Of a stretch of DNA of 57,257 nt, positions 53,089 to 57,257 are shown one piece after another. The DNA is taken from NCBI GenBank assembly GCA_965368905.1, contig CBDUOS010000002.1:1-57257 (forward strand), given 5' to 3'. The stretch is from an uncultured Bdellovibrionales bacterium. GTDB lineage: Bacteria > Bdellovibrionota > Bdellovibrionia > Bdellovibrionales > JAGQZY01. Every line of letters starts with the position of its first letter. Position 1 is the stretch's first letter. The notes beneath the pieces were generated by a model. It was not told the DNA's origin. It saw nothing but the letters and a program-made list of their open reading frames with translations, and did not search any database. A program made the position numbers and the translations under genes.

Positions 53089-54879
53089 CTATGGATTCTT
53101 TGGATTGAGTGAGTTGCGCACACTCACCTTTTTTATATTGTCTTGAAAAACAGATTCAGTGGCTTGGACCAACGGGTGAGCCTCGATGGAGTCAGCCTCT
53201 TCTTTATCTTTGAGCTGCTTGGCTTGGTCAGCCATGGCTTTAGGAGATAGGTTGGAGTGGATGTGGCTTCCATCCAGAATGACCACTTCGACATCTCTTT
53301 TGTCACTCCAGTAGCTGGCTAGAAAGCTCTTCGTTCTTTCTACGTTCTTGGGTTCTGCGAGTTTGTCGAACAGAAACGACATTTTTTCAGGGAGTCCAAG
53401 AGAAATTAATTTGTCATCTTGCTTGAATATAGAAGTGTGCTCGAGCAAGGCTCCCAAAAAGCCATTCGCTTGTTTGACGGCGTGGACAAACTCTTCCCAG
53501 GTTTTTCCGACACTTCGATCGGGATTGGGAACGGGCACCGGAACACCCGCTGAAGCTGAGTTTGCGGGCTTTTCTATCGGTTTCGTTAAGGGTATGGTCT
53601 TCGCTGGTGCAGATGTTGCCGTGGTTTTCGGAGCAGCATCGGCCAGACTGGTTTCGGGCTGGGGCTGCGGAGCTGCGGACTCAGAGGGTGGTTTTGATTT
53701 TGCTTGCGAGCGTGATGGCTTACTTGTTTGAACATTAGCCTTAGAGCGACTCTGGTCTTGTGCGGGCAGTTTTTTTGAAAGTCTGGGCAAGTTGAGAAGT
53801 TTGAATAAAAGCATTTCAAGCCCGAGGCTAGCATCGGCTGTGTAATTCAGGCGCTGGGCTCCAGAAAGTGTCACATCAAAAATAAGGTGGATTTGTTCTT
53901 CAGCCAATTTTTTGCTGACCTTTTCCAGTTCTCCTCTTTCGGCCTCTGAAATTTCCAAGTCATTCTCTTTCTGGCACCCCAGTTTGACCATAAGGGTGTT
54001 GCGAATCACCTCGAGGAAGTCCTCGCAAAAAATTAAAGGGTCGTAGCCGGAATTTTTGAAACGATCCACCGACTGATACATTAAGTTTACATCCTCTTCG
54101 GCAATGGCGTGCAAGCAAGCAAGTAATAAATTGCGATCAGTGAGGCCGAGAACTCCCATTACAGCATCAAGTGTGAGTTTGCCGTTACTGAAAGAAATCA
54201 ATTGGTCCAAAAGTGTCATGCCATCGCGAATCGAGCCATTGGCTTGTTTTGCAATCATTAAAATGGCGCTGTCTTCAAACTCAATATTTGTTTTCTCGCA
54301 AATGTTTTGCAGATGGGCTTTGATGTCACTGAGGGTGTGATTGCGAAAATCAAAACGTTGGCAGCGAGATAAAATCGTCGCTGGGATTTTCTGCACTTCC
54401 GTGGTCGCAAAAATAAATACCACATGCTCGGGGGGCTCCTCTAAAGTTTTCAGCAAGGCATTGAAAGCGCTTGTTGAAAGCATGTGGACCTCGTCGATGA
54501 TATAGACTTTATATTTTCCAGAGCTGGGCATGTAGCCTACGGTGTCCCGTAACTCGCGAATATGATCGACGCCATTGTTACTGGCTCCATCAATTTCGAT
54601 TACATCCAAGTGTGAGCCATCGGCAATGTCTTGGCAGGACTGACAGTGGCCACAAGGGTTTTCATCTTTACGGTCTGTACAAAGTAGCGTTTTAGCAATA
54701 ATTCGAGCGGTGGTGGTTTTTCCAGTTCCGCGAGGACCAGTCAAAAGCAAAGCGTGGGGAAAGCGGTCGCTGGACATGGCATTCATCAACGTTTGCGTGA
54801 CGTGCTTTTGGCCGACGAACTCGGTGAAAGATTGCGGTCTGAATTTTCGAGCGATCACTTGATAGGCCACGGTTCCCAT
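53089..54879 (-). CDS. dnaX: DNA polymerase III subunit tau/gamma
   Basis: YQVIARKFRPQSF, GPRGTGKTT, Cys-rich zinc module CGHCQSC, DEVHMLS, SRCQRF, and a Pro/Ser/Ala/Gln-rich linker. ATG at 54879 is preferred because the track's longer start would run into the SRP RNA gene. Confidence 0.9.
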   Translation of the reverse strand: MGTVAYQVIARKFRPQSFTEFVGQKHVTQTLMNAMSSDRFPHALLLTGPRGTGKTTTARIIAKTLLCTDRKDENPCGHCQSCQDIADGSHLDVIEIDGASNNGVDHIRELRDTVGYMPSSGKYKVYIIDEVHMLSTSAFNALLKTLEEPPEHVVFIFATTEVQKIPATILSRCQRFDFRNHTLSDIKAHLQNICEKTNIEFEDSAILMIAKQANGSIRDGMTLLDQLISFSNGKLTLDAVMGVLGLTDRNLLLACLHAIAEEDVNLMYQSVDRFKNSGYDPLIFCEDFLEVIRNTLMVKLGCQKENDLEISEAERGELEKVSKKLAEEQIHLIFDVTLSGAQRLNYTADASLGLEMLLFKLLNLPRLSKKLPAQDQSRSKANVQTSKPSRSQAKSKPPSESAAPQPQPETSLADAAPKTTATSAPAKTIPLTKPIEKPANSASAGVPVPVPNPDRSVGKTWEEFVHAVKQANGFLGALLEHTSIFKQDDKLISLGLPEKMSFLFDKLAEPKNVERTKSFLASYWSDKRDVEVVILDGSHIHSNLSPKAMADQAKQLKDKEEADSIEAHPLVQATESVFQDNIKKVSVRNSLNPKNP

Positions 54880-54899
54880 ACCCCCGAAAACTGGGATTA

Positions 54900-55000
54900 A
54901 AAAGCGGCCGAGCGACCCGTAGCACATAGGATACCTGCTACCGTTGCTTCCTTCCGGACCTGGCGGGTTTCACAAGACCGCTATTGTACGGGACTCGACC
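54900..55000 (-). ncRNA. ffs: Signal recognition particle RNA (small, 4.5S-type)
   Basis: The minus strand reads ...CCCGCCAGGTCCGGAAGGAAGCAACGG..., the conserved helix-8 GGAA tetraloop region. The 5' GGTCGAG-T-CCCGTA pairs with the 3' TACGGG-TCG-CTCGGCC, followed by a T5 run. The position upstream of dnaX is classic. The ends are approximate (+/- 5 nt). Confidence 0.8.
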
Positions 55001-55066
55001 TACAGCAAAGTAACGTAGAGAGTCGTAGAGCGCAAACAAAAGCGCCTATGTTGCCCCCCGTCTCGT

Positions 55067-55825
55067 ATGGAAGCCGCTTTTGGGGTTAGTTTAAAGGTGA
55101 TGGAGATCATTGAATTCGCAGGGCATCAAGTTGAGGTCAAAAGACGCGCCTTTCGCAAGAGGTTGGGAGTCTCGGTCCACCCAAATGGAAGAATCCAGGT
55201 GTCCTCTAACAAAAGCCTCGCACAGAAACAAATTATCAAGTTTCTGGAATCCAATCGCACCTGGATTGAGAAATCCTTAAAAGAGGCGGAGGCAATTCAA
55301 GAAAAATACCCTCCCAAGCTTTTTAGCAGCGGCGAGACCTACCCCTATCTGGGTGGGGATTATCAGCTGCAGATTCAAGCCAGCAAACAAACCAACCTCA
55401 GATTCACTGGTGGCGCAATATTATTTGAATCTCCGGTTCCAGAACCACAGTGGACCACTGAACTAAGGCAAGCCTATTTTCAGGCTTTTAAGAAATCTTA
55501 CCGCCAAGTGGCGGAGCAAATCATGTCGCAAAGAATTGAGTTCTACGCCCACCAAATGCAACTGATGCCCAAGGCAGTAAAATTTCGCGGCCAAAAGACG
55601 ATTTGGGGAAGTTGTTCGCCGGAAAACAATATTAGTCTCAATTACAAACTGATCGTGGCTCCGATTCAGGTTGTGGACTATGTTTTAATTCATGAACTGG
55701 CCCACATTCGTCATAAGGATCATTCCAAGAGATTTTGGGCTCTGGTTGAACAGCACACCCCCTACCGTCGTTATTCCAGGGATTGGCTGCGCGAGCATCA
55801 TTTCAAGGCTGAGTTTTTAAATTAG
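55067..55825 (+). CDS. YgjP-like (DUF45/M48-family) metal-dependent hydrolase
   Basis: C-terminal HELAHIRHKDHS (HExxH) in the YgjP context WGSCS...I.LN..L. An alternative start is ATG at 55100. Confidence 0.75.
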   Translation: MEAAFGVSLKVMEIIEFAGHQVEVKRRAFRKRLGVSVHPNGRIQVSSNKSLAQKQIIKFLESNRTWIEKSLKEAEAIQEKYPPKLFSSGETYPYLGGDYQLQIQASKQTNLRFTGGAILFESPVPEPQWTTELRQAYFQAFKKSYRQVAEQIMSQRIEFYAHQMQLMPKAVKFRGQKTIWGSCSPENNISLNYKLIVAPIQVVDYVLIHELAHIRHKDHSKRFWALVEQHTPYRRYSRDWLREHHFKAEFLN

Positions 55826-55922
55826 TCACAATTTTCAGCAATTTACGCTCTGTCACACATCGAAAAAGTTGAATTTTCCATACAACTTTGAAAGCCTAAT
55901 GGAGCCATCATGGAGGGTGAGA

Positions 55923-56828
55923 ATGGAAAGTCCGGAGCTAAGTCAGTTTGTCGACTATCGAAAATATTTAAAGGCTTTTTACGAGTTCAAGCAGGAGGAA
56001 TCGAAAGGTCGGCTGCGTCCGTACTCTTATTCTGATTTTTCAGCTGCGGCCGATATCAAATCGCCCAATTATTTAAAGCTCATTATCGAGGGCAAGCGCA
56101 ACCTCTCTAAGGATATGGGAAAGCGTTTTTCTCGAGCGCTTCGCCACTCTAGGGCGCATGCCAAAGAGTTTTCTTTGTTGGTGGATTACTGCCAAGAAAA
56201 AGACCCTTTACAAAGAACCCACAAACTTAAAGACCTCTCGGAATACCGAGCGAAAAAGGCCTTGCGAGCCGGTGAGATTAACTCTGAAACTTGGGACCAA
56301 GTTTCAAATTGGTTGGTTTGGGTACTGTATGCTATGGCCGACCAAAAAGATGTGATTTTTACGCCCTCTGAGCTACGAAAGCTCATGCGGGGACAAGTGA
56401 ATGAAGCTCAGATTACCCACGCTCTGAATAAACTTTTAAAAGCAAAAGATATCGAGATCGATCCAGTGACCCATCAAGCGAAGCGAACCGGTCCGTCGAT
56501 GTCGGGATTGGAAGATGTGCCCCCTGAATTGGTTCGGAAAATCCAATCAGAGTTGATTTACTTGGGACTCGAAAGTTTGCATAAAAACTCCACCCACGAA
56601 CGTGAAGTCAGTGGATTCACCCTTGCGATGACCGAAAAAGAATTCGAGTGGGTGCGGTTTGAGTTGCGAAAACTGCGTAAGCAGATTCAAAAAGAAATCT
56701 CTATGAAGCGTGAGCAAACTCCGGGAGAGCGGGTTTATCAGGTGAATATGCAATTGTTTCCACTTACAGATACCCTCCAGACGGAAGAGTCGGGCAAAAC
56801 TGAATCACAGCCCTCGGCGAGTCTGTAA
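55923..56828 (+). CDS. TIGR02147/DUF4423-family protein
   Basis: FVDYRKYLKAFYEFKQ...YSYSDFSAAADIKSPNYLKLIIEGKRNLS resembles the family N-terminus as I recall it. ATG at 55923 has a GGAGGGTGAGA SD; the track uses TTG at 55869. Confidence 0.6.
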   Translation: MESPELSQFVDYRKYLKAFYEFKQEESKGRLRPYSYSDFSAAADIKSPNYLKLIIEGKRNLSKDMGKRFSRALRHSRAHAKEFSLLVDYCQEKDPLQRTHKLKDLSEYRAKKALRAGEINSETWDQVSNWLVWVLYAMADQKDVIFTPSELRKLMRGQVNEAQITHALNKLLKAKDIEIDPVTHQAKRTGPSMSGLEDVPPELVRKIQSELIYLGLESLHKNSTHEREVSGFTLAMTEKEFEWVRFELRKLRKQIQKEISMKREQTPGERVYQVNMQLFPLTDTLQTEESGKTESQPSASL

Positions 56829-57257
56829 ATATTTGAATGTATTGAATTTTTGGAGGACCCGGGACAGGCAAAAAAATCCGCTGAAATCCTAGTTCCTTAT
56901 GAAGTTAAATTTTTGGGGGGGGAGATAAATTTAAATTCGGACGCTAGGACTTCAGGGATCAGCAAACGTACAACATCTATTAACGTACAACACCCTACTA
57001 TAAAGCAAGGGGTGTGCCAGCTCTCTACCCGCTATATTTGCGATTACAAGGTCCGAATTGTAATTTTGACAATTTTTGGTTTCACCCTGGAACCAAACTA
57101 GGCACTTCAAGATTTCCACTGAAAATACAATCGAAGAAGCTAGAGCGGATGTTCTAGGCCGCCGCCTCCAGTGCTTAGGGGGCAGCTGATATTGTGACTC
57201 ACATAACTGGTAATGGAGCTGAGTTGTTTTGATCTGATGCACATCCGCTTTGTCTCA

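Noticed and set aside
54880-54927. N-terminal 16-codon extension of dnaX in the ORF track (MCYGSLGRFLIPVFGG)
   Set aside because: It overlaps the 3' half and terminator of the SRP RNA, and the downstream ATG gives the canonical DnaX N-terminus.
56915-57164. Possible tmRNA: a G-run 5' end, ATTCGGACG resembling the tmRNA UUCGAC region, GCAAACG resembling a tag start, and a 3' GCCGCCTCCA with a possible G3:U70 pair
   Set aside because: No T arm can be formed immediately 5' of the putative acceptor strand (GTTCTAG loop, non-pairing stem). The span is only about 250 nt. The would-be tag (ANVQHLLTYNTLL) does not end like known degradation tags, and no CCA is present.
57177-57257. TPP-riboswitch-like fragments: GGGGGCAGC...AGCTGAG...TTTGATCTGATGCAC at the window edge
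   Set aside because: The ACCC strand needed to pair with the GGGG, and the conserved CCTGATCTGGATAATGCCAGCG core, are not matched. In addition, the element would be cut by the window end.
1-57257. Search for CRISPR arrays, rRNA genes, IS elements and known defence-system genes (nucleases, helicases, reverse transcriptases, toxin-antitoxin pairs)
   Set aside because: I noticed no regularly spaced short repeats, no transposase or integrase-like ORFs and no defence-type domain signatures. Apart from a 2 x 11-nt direct repeat in the 3' tail (56965-56992), the only sizeable repeat found is the 2 x 89-bp tandem at 21778-21955.

Overview
This is a 57.3-kb chromosomal window from a moderately AT-rich Gram-negative bacterium. 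The gene content (orphan mglA, a TIGR02147/DUF4423-type protein, many lipoproteins and Tat/Sec-exported unknowns) suggests a Bdellovibrio-like predatory or deltaproteobacterial-type lineage; that is inference only. The left part (1-28 kb) is mostly housekeeping. It holds a truncated HExxH lipoprotein protease, ftsE-ftsX with a degenerate-LytM EnvC-like activator and a C-terminal processing protease, and trigger factor. It also holds a split ArsA/Get3-like ATPase pair, a glutathione-themed group (GshA-type ligase, MAPEG, PepA), clpP-clpX-lon, and a TPR/winged-helix regulator. Further on are tRNA-Val(TAC) followed by a 2 x 89-bp tandem repeat, a His-rich mini-lipoprotein, a GT-C-like membrane protein and an Fbp/Thi-type ABC importer. 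The right end (50.5-57.3 kb) is a co-directional dnaX-ybaB-recR-mglA-nadA string preceded by the SRP RNA gene, then a YgjP-type metallopeptidase, a DUF4423-like protein and a 430-bp ORF-poor tail. The centre (28.1-50.6 kb) is the unusual part. It is a tightly packed block of about 26 genes with seven cupin/2OG-Fe(II)-type oxygenase-like ORFs, including three paralogous families that each occur twice. It also has two radical SAM enzymes (one SPASM/twitch-like, one B12-binding class B), a His-box desaturase and a His-box fatty-acid hydroxylase. The remaining recognisable members are a SET-domain methyltransferase, SDR, two PLP-fold enzymes, a membrane-anchored FGE/SUMF1-domain protein, a PilZ protein and a PPTase, alongside many unclassifiable membrane or exported proteins. 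The block has no NRPS/PKS, carrier protein, obvious precursor peptide or mobility gene. I cannot assign it to a known pathway and flag it as the candidate undescribed system, either lipid tailoring or protein/peptide modification. No CRISPR array, transposase, integrase or rRNA was seen.
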